Notes: generated by a model not told the origin, from the letters alone. 64,000 nucleotides of DNA from an uncultured Victivallales bacterium (GCA_944391115.1 CALXSJ010000011.1:26143-90142), one strand, 5' to 3'. Positions 48,380 to 58,651 are shown, counted from the stretch's first letter. Numbers and translations: made by a program.

Positions 48380-49582
48380 ATGAAAGTAGTAGTCGCTTAT
48401 TCCGGCGGACTGGATACGTCGGTCATTGTAAAATGGGTCAAGGAAACCTACAACGCCGAGGTGATCGCCTATTGCGCGGACGTCGGGCAGGAGGAGGAGC
48501 TGAGCGGCCTGGACAAAAAGGCCATTGCCACCGGCGCATCCAAATGCTACATTGATGACATCCGGGAGGAATTCGCGCGCGATTTCATCTTCCCGATGAT
48601 GCAGGCGAACGCCATTTACGAGGGCACCTATCTGCTCGGCACTTCCATCGCCCGTCCCCTGATCGGCAAGAAACTGATTGAGGTGGCGCGCAAGGAAGGC
48701 GCGGATGCAATCTGCCACGGGGCGACGGGGAAAGGAAACGACCAGGTCCGTTTCGAACTCACCGCCTATGCGATGGAGCCGAACATCAAGATCATCGCCG
48801 CGTGGCGCGATCCGAACTGGAAGTTCCATGCGCGCACGGAAATGATCGAATACGCGCACAAGCACGGCATTCCCGTGACCTCCACCGCCGCGAAGCCTTA
48901 CAGCATGGACCGCAATCTGCTTCACATCTCCTTCGAGGGCGGCATTCTCGAGGATCCGTGGAACGCGTGCCCCGAGTCCGTTTCCGTTCTGACGACGCCG
49001 CTCTCCCAGACGCCCGACACACCCGAGGAGGTTGTCATCGAATTTGACAAAGGCGTTCCGGTCAAGGTCAACGGCGAGGCGCTCTCTCCGGCGGCGCTGA
49101 TGAAGAAGCTCAACGTCCTCGGCGGCCGGCACGGCGTCGGCAAGATCGACATCGTTGAAAACCGCTACGTCGGCATGAAGTCCCGCGGCGTTTATGAAAC
49201 CCCCGGCGGAACGATCCTGCACAACGCCCACCGCGCGATGGAGTCCATCACGATGGACCGCGAAGTCATGCACCTGCGCGATTCGCTGATTCCCGCCTAT
49301 GCGAAGATGGTTTACAACGGCTTCTGGTATGCGCCCGAGCGCGAGATGCTGCAGGCCGCGATCACCGAAAGCCAGAAATTCGTCACGGGCGAAGTCCGCG
49401 TGATGCTCTTCAAGGGCGCGTGCCATGTCAACGGCAGACGCTCGCCCTACAGTCTGTATGACGAGGCCCTCTCCACATTCGAGAAGGACGACGTCTACAA
49501 TCAGCAGGACGCAACCGGTTTCATCCGTCTCAACGCCCTGCGTCTCCGCACGCTGGCGAAGAGCAAACAGAAACGGTATTGA
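48380..49582 (+). CDS. argG: argininosuccinate synthase
   Basis: [16 protein letters not shown]-loop motif, with conserved ArgG blocks throughout. AAGGAG RBS. Confidence 0.96.
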   Translation: MKVVVAYSGGLDTSVIVKWVKETYNAEVIAYCADVGQEEELSGLDKKAIATGASKCYIDDIREEFARDFIFPMMQANAIYEGTYLLGTSIARPLIGKKLIEVARKEGADAICHGATGKGNDQVRFELTAYAMEPNIKIIAAWRDPNWKFHARTEMIEYAHKHGIPVTSTAAKPYSMDRNLLHISFEGGILEDPWNACPESVSVLTTPLSQTPDTPEEVVIEFDKGVPVKVNGEALSPAALMKKLNVLGGRHGVGKIDIVENRYVGMKSRGVYETPGGTILHNAHRAMESITMDREVMHLRDSLIPAYAKMVYNGFWYAPEREMLQAAITESQKFVTGEVRVMLFKGACHVNGRRSPYSLYDEALSTFEKDDVYNQQDATGFIRLNALRLRTLAKSKQKRY

Positions 49583-49669
49583 TGACGGGTATTGCCGCTC
49601 CCGGTTTGGAAGAATCTCATTTTCCCGGGAGACGGCCCCTGAATTCCTTCTGACCCCTGCATGAAAAGT

Positions 49670-49705
49670 ATGCTCCCGCGGACGATATGCCGTCCACGGG
49701 AGCAT
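49670..49705. terminator. long imperfect hairpin between the convergent argG and GT-C genes (bidirectional terminator candidate)
   Basis: Outer 9-bp stem atgctcccg / cgggagcat, inner stem ggacg / cgtcc. Only weak T/A runs flank it. Confidence 0.4.
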
Positions 49706-49795
49706 ATTTGTATAACTCAGCTTCGTTTCGTCGCTTTCGGATGAGTTGGTCCGGGGATGTTTCCGCAGATTGCGGAATGAAGGATCGTTTTTTGA

Positions 49796-51181
49796 TCAAA
49801 GCTGTTTTTCGTCCGGCGGAAAACCCGTACGGACATACCGGAGATTTTCTATTGCGCATCCAGCCATGACGGTAAGAAAGGGCAGGGCCGCCAGATGGTA
49901 GCGCGGCATTGCGACCGGACCGGGCATGAAGAGATAATATTCCGCAAAAAGAAGAAACAGGAGAACCAGGAGCCAGTCCCGTTTCACGATGGCGCGGACC
50001 AGGGTGAAAGCCGCCAGCAGATACGTGAGCGCCGCCGCAAGCAGAAGCGGCGCGAGAAGACAGGGGAGAAGATAGCTGCCGTTGAAGTAATGGCGGATTC
50101 CCGCGGCAAGGCCGTGGCGGTTGATGACATCCCATGTCCCGCGTCCGGTCCGCGTGAGCCCGAGATTCTCCAGAAAGCTCGCCGCGTCCGGAATCAGCAC
50201 CACCGGGCGGAAATGCAGCGCAAAATAACGGAAGGGATGTTCCCGGACAATCTCCAGAAGTCTGCCTTCGAAATAAGAGAATTTGTCCGCTTCCGTCCGG
50301 TATTTTTCCGGATGTGCGCGGAATTCGGTTTCGGCTTCCGCCCGATAGCATGCCCGCAGTTCCTCTCCCTGTTTCCCCGTCAGGCGGCTTTCCAGCGCGG
50401 AACGGTTGTGAAGCGCGGTATCCGCCGACACCGCGTCGATCCGCCAGCCCGCTCCGCGCAGATGATTCCGGACCACCCAAGGGGTCAGAATCAGAAGGAA
50501 AATCAGCAGACTTCCAAGGGAATGAATTGCTTTTTTCCTCCATGGGATTTCCTTGATGCAGCAGACGACGAAGATGCACGGAAGAATCCAGAGCAGGTTC
50601 AGCGGGCGGATCAGCGCCGCCGCGCCGGCAACAGCCACCGATCCATACAGAAATCCGGCCTGTTTTGTCTTCAGGAATTTCAGAAAGAAGCAGATCTGAA
50701 ACGACAGGAAAAAGACAAACAGGGTGTCGGAAATCAGCATCGGGGAAAGGGCGATCGCGGTTGGATTCAGGACAAAAAGAACGGTCGCCGCCAGCGCGGC
50801 TTTCCATGGCGCGTAAAGACGGGCGGAAAGAAAGACCGGAATGACGGTCAGGCCGCCGAGCAGCGCCGAAACCAGGACGCAGAAACCGGGACTGTGTCCG
50901 CTGATTCCGAGCAGAAACGCCAGAAATGCGGGATAACCCGGCGTGCGGACCAGAGCCGGAATTCCGCTTCCCGGAGCCGTGGAATAGGTCCCGTCGTGGA
51001 GCAGGGACAGGGCGGGACCCAGATAGGTCGCCGTATCGGTCCGCATGACAAGTTCGGGATTCAGCATCCCCGGAATCGCATAACAGATACGGATCAATGC
51101 CGCCGCGATTGTCACTGCGGTCAGTGCAATGCGGATTTTCTTCGATTCATCCATGCCGCCGTTTTGTTCAAAGAGCTTCAT
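49796..51181 (-). CDS. GT-C fold membrane glycosyltransferase (GT39/ArnT/PMT_2-like)
   Basis: More than 10 predicted TM helices. First-loop motif ...MRTDTATYLGPA.... The start MKLFEQNGG overlaps the upstream stop (ATGA at 51178-51181). The ORF-track extension to 51571 is rejected. Confidence 0.78.
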   Translation of the reverse strand: MKLFEQNGGMDESKKIRIALTAVTIAAALIRICYAIPGMLNPELVMRTDTATYLGPALSLLHDGTYSTAPGSGIPALVRTPGYPAFLAFLLGISGHSPGFCVLVSALLGGLTVIPVFLSARLYAPWKAALAATVLFVLNPTAIALSPMLISDTLFVFFLSFQICFFLKFLKTKQAGFLYGSVAVAGAAALIRPLNLLWILPCIFVVCCIKEIPWRKKAIHSLGSLLIFLLILTPWVVRNHLRGAGWRIDAVSADTALHNRSALESRLTGKQGEELRACYRAEAETEFRAHPEKYRTEADKFSYFEGRLLEIVREHPFRYFALHFRPVVLIPDAASFLENLGLTRTGRGTWDVINRHGLAAGIRHYFNGSYLLPCLLAPLLLAAALTYLLAAFTLVRAIVKRDWLLVLLFLLFAEYYLFMPGPVAMPRYHLAALPFLTVMAGCAIENLRYVRTGFPPDEKQL

Positions 51182-51774
51182 TGTTCCCGATAAAACGGAT
51201 AGCGGTGTTTGTCTTCTTCCGTAATGGGACGCAGCACCCGGCAGGGGACGCCCACTGCAATCACATTCGCGGGGATGGAACGGGAAACGAGGCTTCCCGC
51301 GCCGATGATCGAATTGTCGCCGATCGTTACGCCGGCAAGCACCGTGGAACCGGCTCCGAACCAGACATTGTTCCCGACAGTGATCGGTTTTGCGATCTCC
51401 AGTCCGGCCTTGCGCTGTTCCGGGTCGATGGCATGCTCCGCCGTCGTGAAACAGCAGTTCGGCCCGATGAACACATGGTCGCCGAACGTTACTTTCGCGC
51501 CGTCCGTGATGACCAGATTGTGATTCGAATAGAAGAAGTCGCCCACGGAAATGTTGTAGCCGTAGTCGCACCAGAAGGGCGGCGTGAAAATGACTTCCCT
51601 CCCCATTTTTCCCAGCAGTTCCGCAAGGATCCTGCTCTGGGTTTCCCGGTCATTGGGATTCAGCTGGTTGTAGGCGTGACATTTGTCCTTGCATTTCCGG
51701 ATTTCCGCCTCGTATTCCGGATTGTAGCATCCTTGGAATAGGCAGTTGACGGGAACCACAGGTCTGTTTTTCAT
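51178..51774 (-). CDS. sugar O-acetyltransferase, left-handed beta-helix (Maa/LacA-like)
   Basis: Hexapeptide repeats, with the N-terminal Maa-type block ...YNQLNPNDRETQSRILAELLG... and C-terminal ...IGAGSLVSRSIPANVIAVGVPCRVLR. Confidence 0.9.
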   Translation of the reverse strand: MKNRPVVPVNCLFQGCYNPEYEAEIRKCKDKCHAYNQLNPNDRETQSRILAELLGKMGREVIFTPPFWCDYGYNISVGDFFYSNHNLVITDGAKVTFGDHVFIGPNCCFTTAEHAIDPEQRKAGLEIAKPITVGNNVWFGAGSTVLAGVTIGDNSIIGAGSLVSRSIPANVIAVGVPCRVLRPITEEDKHRYPFYREQ

Positions 51775-52313
51775 GAATGGGCGCTCCAGGTTATGTTGTT
51801 TGACAGTGAACGGGAATAACGCAGTTCCGTGACCGTTTTCCCGATGACGGTCTCTTTGCGTCCGTCCGGACGGAATCCGTTTTTCTCATAACAGGCGATT
51901 GCTGGGCGGTTTTCCGCAAGGACCCACAGGAAAACGGAAGAAAATCCCTGTTTTTTCAGCTCCCGCATGGCAAATGCAATCAGTTTGCTCCCGATTCCCC
52001 TGTGCTGATATTCCGGGAGAAGATACAGCGAATGAATTTCCGCCGCATTTTCCTGATTTTCCTCCCGCGGACTGCCGAATACGATCATCCCTGCCGGTTT
52101 GCCGTCAAGTTCCCCGAGAAAATAAGAAGCGCGAGGCGGAGTTTCATGAAGAAGGCGTTCCCATAAAGAGGAACGCCCCGCATTGACTTCGGCAATCGCT
52201 TCCGGGGGAAGAAGTTCCGGATAGGCCGCAAGCCACGAACGGCGGTGGATTTCCGCCATCGTTTCGCTGTCGGGCGCCTCCGCCCGCCGGATCCGCAGAG
52301 GGGGTGACTTCAT
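51771..52313 (-). CDS. GNAT-family N-acetyltransferase
   Basis: Acetyl-CoA motif QHRGIGSKLI and a 180-aa GNAT fold. The stop overlaps the next start by 4 nt. Confidence 0.85.
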   Translation of the reverse strand: MKSPPLRIRRAEAPDSETMAEIHRRSWLAAYPELLPPEAIAEVNAGRSSLWERLLHETPPRASYFLGELDGKPAGMIVFGSPREENQENAAEIHSLYLLPEYQHRGIGSKLIAFAMRELKKQGFSSVFLWVLAENRPAIACYEKNGFRPDGRKETVIGKTVTELRYSRSLSNNITWSAHS

Positions 52314-52428
52314 TTTCAGATCCGCTTTGCGTCGTTATGCGATTCCGGCATGGACAAAAGCATGCGGAATCCGGAGCAGGGGAGGGCGCGCCTCCGAAAA
52401 AAACGCGCCTCCCCGGAATTCCCGTTTC

Positions 52429-54423
52429 TCAGAACTTGAAATGTTCCTTCATCTTTGCGATGACGGCGGGCACGGTGAAGCCGAATTTCTCGGTCAGGAC
52501 CTTGTAGGGCGCGGATGCGCCGAAGTGATCCAGTCCGATGGCAAGCCCCTCGTCGCCGACGAACTTCTCCCAGCCGAAGGTCGAGCCCGCCTCGATGGAG
52601 ACGCGCTTTCTGCAATCCGGCGGAAGAACGGAGTCGCGGTAGGCCTTGTCCTGCCTGAGGAAGAGTTCCCAGGAGGGCATCGAGACCACGCGGACCTTCT
52701 TGCCCATTTTGCGGAGCTCCTCCGCCGTGTCGAGCGCAAGATTGAGCTCGGAACCCGTTCCGATGAGAAGGTATTCGAACCCTTCCTCGCAGGAGACGAC
52801 ATACGCGCCTTTTTCCAGCTGCACTTTCTTCCGGACGCATTCGCAGAGCGGACGCAGGTCCTGACGGGTCAGGATCAGCGCGACCGGCGCGTTCGCCGTG
52901 ATTGCGTGATTCCATGCGTGGGCGCATTCGATCGCCTCCGCGGGACGGATCACGGTCATGCCCGGAATGGAGCGGAGCATGGCAAGCTGTTCGATCGGTT
53001 CATGGGTCGGGCCGTCCTCGCCGACGAAGAAGGAGTCGTGTGTGAACACATAGACGACCGGCAGCTTCTGGAGCGCGGCGAGACGGATCGCCGGTTTCAT
53101 GAAGTCGGAGAAGACAAAGAAGGTCGAGGAATACGCGATTGCTGCGCCGTAGAGCGCCATGCCGTTGGCGATGAAGCCCATGCCGAGCTCGCGGACGCCG
53201 AAGTGGAAGTTGCGTCCCGCGCGGTTTTCCGGCGAGAAGAAGGGCACTCCCTTGAGATCGGTTTTCGTGGAGGGTGCAAGGTCCGCCGCGCCGCCGTAAA
53301 GAGCCGGAACCAGAGCCGCCGCCTTCTGCAGAATGGCGCCGCTGGATGCGCGTGTCGCAAGAGGTTTTTCGACCGGCGCCGCCGCGAGGAGTTCCTCCAG
53401 CAGATTTGCGGGGGTTTCGCGGTTCATCATCTTCGAGAGCAGAGCCGCCTTGTCGGGATTGGCCTCGACGAACTGCTGGAATTTCGCATCCCAGGCCGCC
53501 GCTTCCTTTTCAAGTTCGGCAACGCGCGCGTCGATCATGTCGCGGACTTCCTGCGGAACGTAGAAATCCTCTTCCGGGAATCCGAGCGCCTTCTTTGCCG
53601 CCGCGAGTTCCTCGGTTCCGAGCGGTTCGCCGTGGCTGCTGGCCTTGCCCGCCTTGTTCGGCGCGCCGAATCCGATCGTCGTGGAACCGATGATGAGGGT
53701 CGGACGGCCGTCACTCTTCTTCGCCGCCGTGAGAGCGGCCTCAACCTGCGCATAGTCGTTGGCATTTGCGCACTTGATGACGCGCCAGTCATAGGCTTCG
53801 AAGCGTTTTGCGACGTCTTCCGTGAAGGCGATTTCGGTGGAGCCTTCGATGCTGATCATGTTGGAGTCGTAGAAGACGACGATGTTGTCGAGTTTCTGGT
53901 GGCCGGCGAAGGAGGCCGCCTCGTGCGTGATGCCTTCCATCATGCAGCCGTCGCCGGAGATGATGTAGATTTTGTTGTCCAGCAGTCCGGTTCCCTCAAG
54001 TCCGCAGACCGCCGCGGTGTATTTTGCCGCGACCGCCATGCCGACGCCGGAAGCGAAGCCCGTTCCGAGCGGTCCGGTCGTCACTTCGACTCCCGCCGTA
54101 TGCCCGAATTCAGGATGTCCGGGGGTTTTGCTGTCCCACTGGCGGAACTGTTTGAGCTCGTCCATCGGAAGCCCGTAGCCGAAAAGATGGAGCAGACTGT
54201 AGAGAAGCATGGAGCCGTGGCCGGCGGAAAGCACGAAGCGGTCGCGCCCGAGCCAGGCCGGATTCTTCGGATTGTGCTTCATGTGGTTGAACCAGAGGTC
54301 GAACGCGAAGTCGGCGCAGCCCATGGGCATGCCCGGGTGTCCGGATTTCGCTTTCTGGATCGCGTCGGCCGAGAGGAGTCTCACGGTGTCCGCCGCAAGT
54401 CGCATCATTTTTTCGTTTGCCAT
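52429..54423 (-). CDS. tkt: transketolase
   Basis: SGHPGMPMG, GDGCMMEG and THDSFFVGEDGPTHEPIEQL motifs; 664 aa. Confidence 0.97.
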   Translation of the reverse strand: MANEKMMRLAADTVRLLSADAIQKAKSGHPGMPMGCADFAFDLWFNHMKHNPKNPAWLGRDRFVLSAGHGSMLLYSLLHLFGYGLPMDELKQFRQWDSKTPGHPEFGHTAGVEVTTGPLGTGFASGVGMAVAAKYTAAVCGLEGTGLLDNKIYIISGDGCMMEGITHEAASFAGHQKLDNIVVFYDSNMISIEGSTEIAFTEDVAKRFEAYDWRVIKCANANDYAQVEAALTAAKKSDGRPTLIIGSTTIGFGAPNKAGKASSHGEPLGTEELAAAKKALGFPEEDFYVPQEVRDMIDARVAELEKEAAAWDAKFQQFVEANPDKAALLSKMMNRETPANLLEELLAAAPVEKPLATRASSGAILQKAAALVPALYGGAADLAPSTKTDLKGVPFFSPENRAGRNFHFGVRELGMGFIANGMALYGAAIAYSSTFFVFSDFMKPAIRLAALQKLPVVYVFTHDSFFVGEDGPTHEPIEQLAMLRSIPGMTVIRPAEAIECAHAWNHAITANAPVALILTRQDLRPLCECVRKKVQLEKGAYVVSCEEGFEYLLIGTGSELNLALDTAEELRKMGKKVRVVSMPSWELFLRQDKAYRDSVLPPDCRKRVSIEAGSTFGWEKFVGDEGLAIGLDHFGASAPYKVLTEKFGFTVPAVIAKMKEHFKF

Positions 54424-54535
54424 TTAACTTTCCCTTTTTTGTGTTATATTATCAGGAAGAAATTTTTTTTCACAAGGTGATACGATACCTTAACAAACGG
54501 AAAAAGCAAATGTTTTTCATGTAAAAAGGTGAGCA

Positions 54536-55576
54536 ATGGCGGAAAGATTCATTACATCCACGCTGAACAGAAAGGACGAGGAGGCCGAGACCACTCTGCG
54601 CCCGCAGTCCTTTTCCTCGTTTCCGGGTCAGGACAAGGTCAAGGAGCGCATGGAAGTCTATGTGCACGCCGCGCGTTCGAGAAACGAGCCGCTCGGGCAT
54701 CTGCTGCTCAGCGGGCCTCCGGGACTCGGCAAGACGACGCTCGCCTACATCGTCGCCAACGAGAAGGGCTGCGGAATCAAAACCTCCAGCGGGCCGGTGA
54801 TTGAAAAACCGGGCGACCTCGCAGGACTTCTCACTTCGCTCAACGAGGGCGACATCCTTTTTATTGATGAAATCCATCGCCTGAACACCACCGTCGAGGA
54901 ATACCTCTACAGCGCGATGGAGGACTTCTTCATCGACATCATGATCGATCAGGGACCCGGCGCGCGTTCGGTCCGCCTCAACATTCCCCGCTTTACGCTG
55001 ATCGGGGCCACCACGCGCCAGGGAATGCTTTCCGCGCCGCTCCGCTCGCGCTTTCTCCTTTCCCTGCGGCTTGACTATTATGCGCCGGAGGATCTGCGCG
55101 ATATTGTTCTGCGTTCCGCGAAAATTCTGAACATCGGGATCGATTCCGCAGGTGCGCTTGAAATCGCCCGGAGAAGCCGCGGAACGCCGCGCATCGCGAA
55201 CAATCTTCTCCGCTGGACGCGCGACTACGCGCAGGTCAAGGGCGGCGGCAGAATCTCCGAGGAGATTGCGCACAAGGCTCTGACCATGCTTGACATCGAC
55301 GATCACGGACTGGATGAGATGGACAAGCGCATTCTGGAAACGATCATCGCGAATTTCAAGGGCGGCCCCGTCGGACTGAACTCCCTTTCCGTTGCAATCG
55401 GCGAGGAGGCCGATACGATCGAGGACGTTTACGAACCTTATCTGATTCAGGAAGGCTATATGATGCGCACCGCGCAGGGGCGTCTTGTCACCGACAAGGC
55501 GTGGCGTCTCTTCGGACTTACGCCCCGGGTGCGCAGCTCGCGCAGCCCCAAAGACGATCAGCCGTTTCTTTTTTGA
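54536..55576 (+). CDS. ruvB: Holliday junction branch migration DNA helicase RuvB
   Basis: Walker A motif [21 protein letters not shown], and sensor / arginine-finger regions. Typical RuvB length. Confidence 0.97.
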   Translation: MAERFITSTLNRKDEEAETTLRPQSFSSFPGQDKVKERMEVYVHAARSRNEPLGHLLLSGPPGLGKTTLAYIVANEKGCGIKTSSGPVIEKPGDLAGLLTSLNEGDILFIDEIHRLNTTVEEYLYSAMEDFFIDIMIDQGPGARSVRLNIPRFTLIGATTRQGMLSAPLRSRFLLSLRLDYYAPEDLRDIVLRSAKILNIGIDSAGALEIARRSRGTPRIANNLLRWTRDYAQVKGGGRISEEIAHKALTMLDIDDHGLDEMDKRILETIIANFKGGPVGLNSLSVAIGEEADTIEDVYEPYLIQEGYMMRTAQGRLVTDKAWRLFGLTPRVRSSRSPKDDQPFLF

Positions 55577-55630
55577 CCGGACGCCGTGACGGAAACCGCA
55601 TGTGCGGGGCGGGGCACAGCGGACTGAAAT

Positions 55631-56239
55631 TCAGGGCAGCATCGCCAATACGGCGGGAACCAGTTGCTCCACCGGACAGCTGGCTGTGTTGGCGCAGAAG
55701 TCATAGTTGACCTTGTCTCCCCACACCTGGCCCGTGTAGAAACGGTAATAGGCGGCACGGTTTTTATCGATGCTCAGAATGCGCTGCTTCAGTTCCCTGT
55801 CGGAGACCTTTTCCTGTTCCGGAAGGCGTTTCCGGCATCGCGCCATGCGCTCCTCGATGGGCGCATAGACGAAAATGCGGAGCGGCTTTTTTTCCTGAAG
55901 GATGTAATCCGCGCAGCGTCCGACCAGAATGCAGTCCGATTTCGCCGCCATCTCCTTGATGATCCGGCACTGTTCGTGATAGATGGAGAGCGTCTGCTCC
56001 TGAAGCGGATTCAAATTGAGGTTCGGATAGAAATTATGCCCCGTCGCAAACGGGAACCAGTGGGAGGGACGGCGTTCCACCACCTGCTGGACATACTGTT
56101 CCGCCAGAGAGGTTTTTTCCGCGATTCCCGTGATGATCTCCTTGTCGTAATAGGCGATTCCGAGTTTTTCCGCCAGCAGCAGGCCGAGATCCCGCCCTCC
56201 GCTTCCGAATTCCCGCCCGATGGTAATGATTCTGTTCAT
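55631..56239 (-). CDS. cytidylate kinase-like family protein
   Basis: MNRIITIGREFGSGGRDLGLLLAEKLGIAYYDKEII is the characteristic start of this family. The ORF-track N-terminal extension to 56578 overlaps the ATPase gene and is rejected. Confidence 0.85.
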   Translation of the reverse strand: MNRIITIGREFGSGGRDLGLLLAEKLGIAYYDKEIITGIAEKTSLAEQYVQQVVERRPSHWFPFATGHNFYPNLNLNPLQEQTLSIYHEQCRIIKEMAAKSDCILVGRCADYILQEKKPLRIFVYAPIEERMARCRKRLPEQEKVSDRELKQRILSIDKNRAAYYRFYTGQVWGDKVNYDFCANTASCPVEQLVPAVLAMLP

Positions 56240-56318
56240 GCTGCAACTCCTGTGCCGGACCGGCAACCGGTTAAAAAGTCCATATCTTCGCTTTACAATA
56301 GCATGAAACGGGATAATT

Positions 56319-58247
56319 TCAACTTTCCGGGATGTTTCCCGACACCGGTTTCCCGGAAAAACTGCCGGCGGCTTCCCGCTTTCCTTCCGCGCATCCGGAG
56401 GGCCGGAACCGCATGGCGCGCAGCGCGTTCGCCACGGCGAGCAGGGCGACGCCGACGTCGGCGAAGATGGCAAACCAGACCGACGCGCAGCCGCACAGCG
56501 CCATGACCATGATCGCCCCCTTGAACCCGAGCGCCATGACGATGTTCTCCCGGACGATCCGTCTGGTTTTCCCGGCAATGGCGATCGCCGTTGCGATTTT
56601 TCCGATGTCGTCGTTCATAATCACGACATCCGCGGCTTCAATTGCGGCGTCGGAACCGATGCCGCCCATTGCGATTCCCAGATCGGCGCGGGCAAGAACC
56701 GGGGCGTCGTTGATGCCGTCCCCGACAAACGCCGTTTTCCCTTTTCCCGCATCTTCCGCCATCCATGTCTCCAGTTCCGCAATCTTGTCCTGCGGCAGAA
56801 GATCCGCGCGCCAGAGATCGATTCCGGCTTCCTGCGCGATTTTTCCGGCGAGCGCGGCATTGTCTCCCGTCAGCATGGCGATGCGCGACACTCCCGCCTC
56901 CCGGAGTCTCCGGAGCGCATCGCGCACGCCGGGGCGGAGTTCGTCGGCAATCAGGATGCAGCCGAGATACCGCCCGTCCCGTGCCGCATGGAGTGTCGTT
57001 TCCGGGTATTCCGGAAGAGATTGAATGCCGATGCGCTTCATCAGAGCGGCGTTGCCGGCGGCAATGACTTCCCCGGCGGTCCTGACCTCGATTCCCATTC
57101 CGGCGATTTCCCTGACTTCGCTTTTTGTCTCCGGAACATTTCCTGCGGCGGCAAGAATGGAACGGGCGATCGGGTGGTTCGACTGCGCTTCGGCAAGCGC
57201 GGCAATGCGCAGGAGTTCCTCACGCGTCACTCCTTCCGCGGGATGATATTCCGTCACCTGGAAAACGCCGCGCGTCAGAGTGCCCGTCTTGTCGAATGCC
57301 ACGGTCCCGAGTTCTCCCAGACGCTCCAGAAAATTGCCCCCCTTCACCAGAATGCCGTTTCGCGCGGCTCCGCCGATCCCGCCGAAAAAGCTCAGGGGGA
57401 TGGAGAGCACCAGCGCGCAGGGGCAGGAAATGATCAGGAAGGTGAGCGCCTTGTAAATCCATTCCGGAAAAGTGCCGAAACCGGCGAGCGGCGGCAGAAT
57501 CGCGACCAGAAGCGCAGCGCCGACCACCAGCGGCGTGTAGATGCGCGCGAATTTCGTGATGAACTTTTCCGCGGAGGCCTTTCTCCCCGCGGCGTTGCGG
57601 ACCAGATCCAGGATCCGGGAAACCGTGGATTCCGGGAAAGCCCTTTCCACCCGGATCTCCAGCACTCCGTCCAGACAGATCACTCCGGAGAGCACCTCGT
57701 CGCCGGGAAGCGCCTTCCGCGGAACGGATTCCCCGGTCAGGGCGCAGGTGTCGAGGAAGGCGCTTCCGGTTTGCACGGTTCCGTCCAGAGGCACTTTTTC
57801 GCCGGGTTTTACCACGACAACTTCTCCGACGGAGACAGATTCCGGAGGAACGTTCAGAATTTTTCCGTCACGCTTCACATTCGCGCTGTCGCTCCGCAGA
57901 TCCATCAGACTCTCAATGTTTCTTCTGGATTTCGCCACGGCGGAATCCTGGAGATATTCTCCGATCCCGTAAAAGACCATCACGGATACCGCCTCGGGCA
58001 TTTCCCCGATTGCAAATGCGCCGATCGAGGCGACGCTCATCAGAAAATTCTCATCGAACAGTTCGCCGCGGAAGATGTTTTTCCCCGCGTCGGCAAGGAC
58101 TCTCCACCCGGCCAGAAGATATGCCGCGATGAAAAGAAGAAGCCGTACGCGTTCCGGAAGCGGAGCGCATACGGCGCCTGCCGTCAGCGCCGCGGCCGCG
58201 CCAAGCAGTATTAATGGGAGTTTCACGGAATCCTGATTTTCCTGCAT
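56319..58247 (-). CDS. heavy-metal-translocating P1B-type ATPase (CPC type, no N-terminal HMA domain)
   Basis: SCPCALVLSIP, FDKTGTLT, GDGINDAP. No CxxC metal-binding domain at the N-terminus. Confidence 0.93.
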   Translation of the reverse strand: MQENQDSVKLPLILLGAAAALTAGAVCAPLPERVRLLLFIAAYLLAGWRVLADAGKNIFRGELFDENFLMSVASIGAFAIGEMPEAVSVMVFYGIGEYLQDSAVAKSRRNIESLMDLRSDSANVKRDGKILNVPPESVSVGEVVVVKPGEKVPLDGTVQTGSAFLDTCALTGESVPRKALPGDEVLSGVICLDGVLEIRVERAFPESTVSRILDLVRNAAGRKASAEKFITKFARIYTPLVVGAALLVAILPPLAGFGTFPEWIYKALTFLIISCPCALVLSIPLSFFGGIGGAARNGILVKGGNFLERLGELGTVAFDKTGTLTRGVFQVTEYHPAEGVTREELLRIAALAEAQSNHPIARSILAAAGNVPETKSEVREIAGMGIEVRTAGEVIAAGNAALMKRIGIQSLPEYPETTLHAARDGRYLGCILIADELRPGVRDALRRLREAGVSRIAMLTGDNAALAGKIAQEAGIDLWRADLLPQDKIAELETWMAEDAGKGKTAFVGDGINDAPVLARADLGIAMGGIGSDAAIEAADVVIMNDDIGKIATAIAIAGKTRRIVRENIVMALGFKGAIMVMALCGCASVWFAIFADVGVALLAVANALRAMRFRPSGCAEGKREAAGSFSGKPVSGNIPES

Positions 58248-58295
58248 TTTCTTACCGTCCTCGGTTTTCTTGTTCCGGGGAAAAGCCGTATACTT

Positions 58296-58311
58296 ATACC
58301 CCTATAGGTAT
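58296..58311. promoter_or_regulatory. CsoR-type operator ATACCCCTATAGGTAT
   Basis: A pseudo-palindrome (ATACC...GGTAT) flanked by an outer dyad CTTATA/TATAAG. It matches the ATACCCCT-n-AGGGGTAT-like CsoR operator consensus known from Bacillus/Streptomyces. It lies directly downstream of the candidate -10 of the ATPase promoter. Confidence 0.6.
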
Positions 58312-58312
58312 T

Positions 58313-58340
58313 AATATAAGTGAAGAAAAAGAAAAATCAA
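58313..58340 (-). promoter_or_regulatory. sigma70-like promoter of the P-type ATPase gene
   Basis: On the minus strand: TTGATT (58335-58340), 16-nt spacer, TATATT (58313-58318). Confidence 0.45.
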
Positions 58341-58347
58341 GGGGAAA

Positions 58348-58623
58348 TCACGACATTCTGGAAAAATGTTCCAGGGCCTTGGAAAAATCGGAAAGAGTTT
58401 TTTCCGCGTCACCGTGCTCGATGCCGTAGCGGACGCAGTGATTGAGATGGCCTTCGAGAACAATCTGGCCGATTTTGTGAAGCGCGCTCTTCGCCGCGTT
58501 GATCTGGATCAGAATGTCTTCACAGGGGACGTCGCGGTCGATCATTTTCTCCACCGCGTTCAGCTGTCCGATGACTTTTTTCAGCCGGAGATGCAGTTTC
58601 TCCGAATCCATGCATTGTTTCAT
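58348..58623 (-). CDS. csoR: CsoR/RcnR-family metal-sensing transcriptional repressor
   Basis: MKQCMDSEKLHLRLKKVIGQLNAVEKMIDRDVPCEDILIQINAAKSALHKIGQIVLEGHLNHCV: the DUF156 fold with a C...H-x3-C (x-C-H-C) fingerprint. AAGGAGG RBS. The ORF-track start at 58722 is rejected. Confidence 0.85.
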   Translation of the reverse strand: MKQCMDSEKLHLRLKKVIGQLNAVEKMIDRDVPCEDILIQINAAKSALHKIGQIVLEGHLNHCVRYGIEHGDAEKTLSDFSKALEHFSRMS

Positions 58624-58651
58624 TGCCCCGCCTCCTTGCAGTTCCGGTCTT

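Noticed and set aside
52370-52425. GC-rich palindromic region (ggggagggcgcgcctcc...cgcgcctcccc, ggaattcc) downstream of tkt as a terminator
   Set aside because: Several mutually exclusive pairings are possible, and no clean hairpin-plus-T-run arrangement exists on the minus strand. There is not enough evidence to call it.
55631-56578. Long N-terminal extensions offered by the ORF track (55631..56578, 49796..51571, 31210..31992, 15911..18466, 43813..45165, 47784..48356, 58348..58722, 42812..43666, 9389..10276, 29037..29876)
   Set aside because: The extensions overlap neighbouring genes or intergenic promoters and have shadow-frame composition. Internal ATGs with good RBSs give N-termini that match the respective families.
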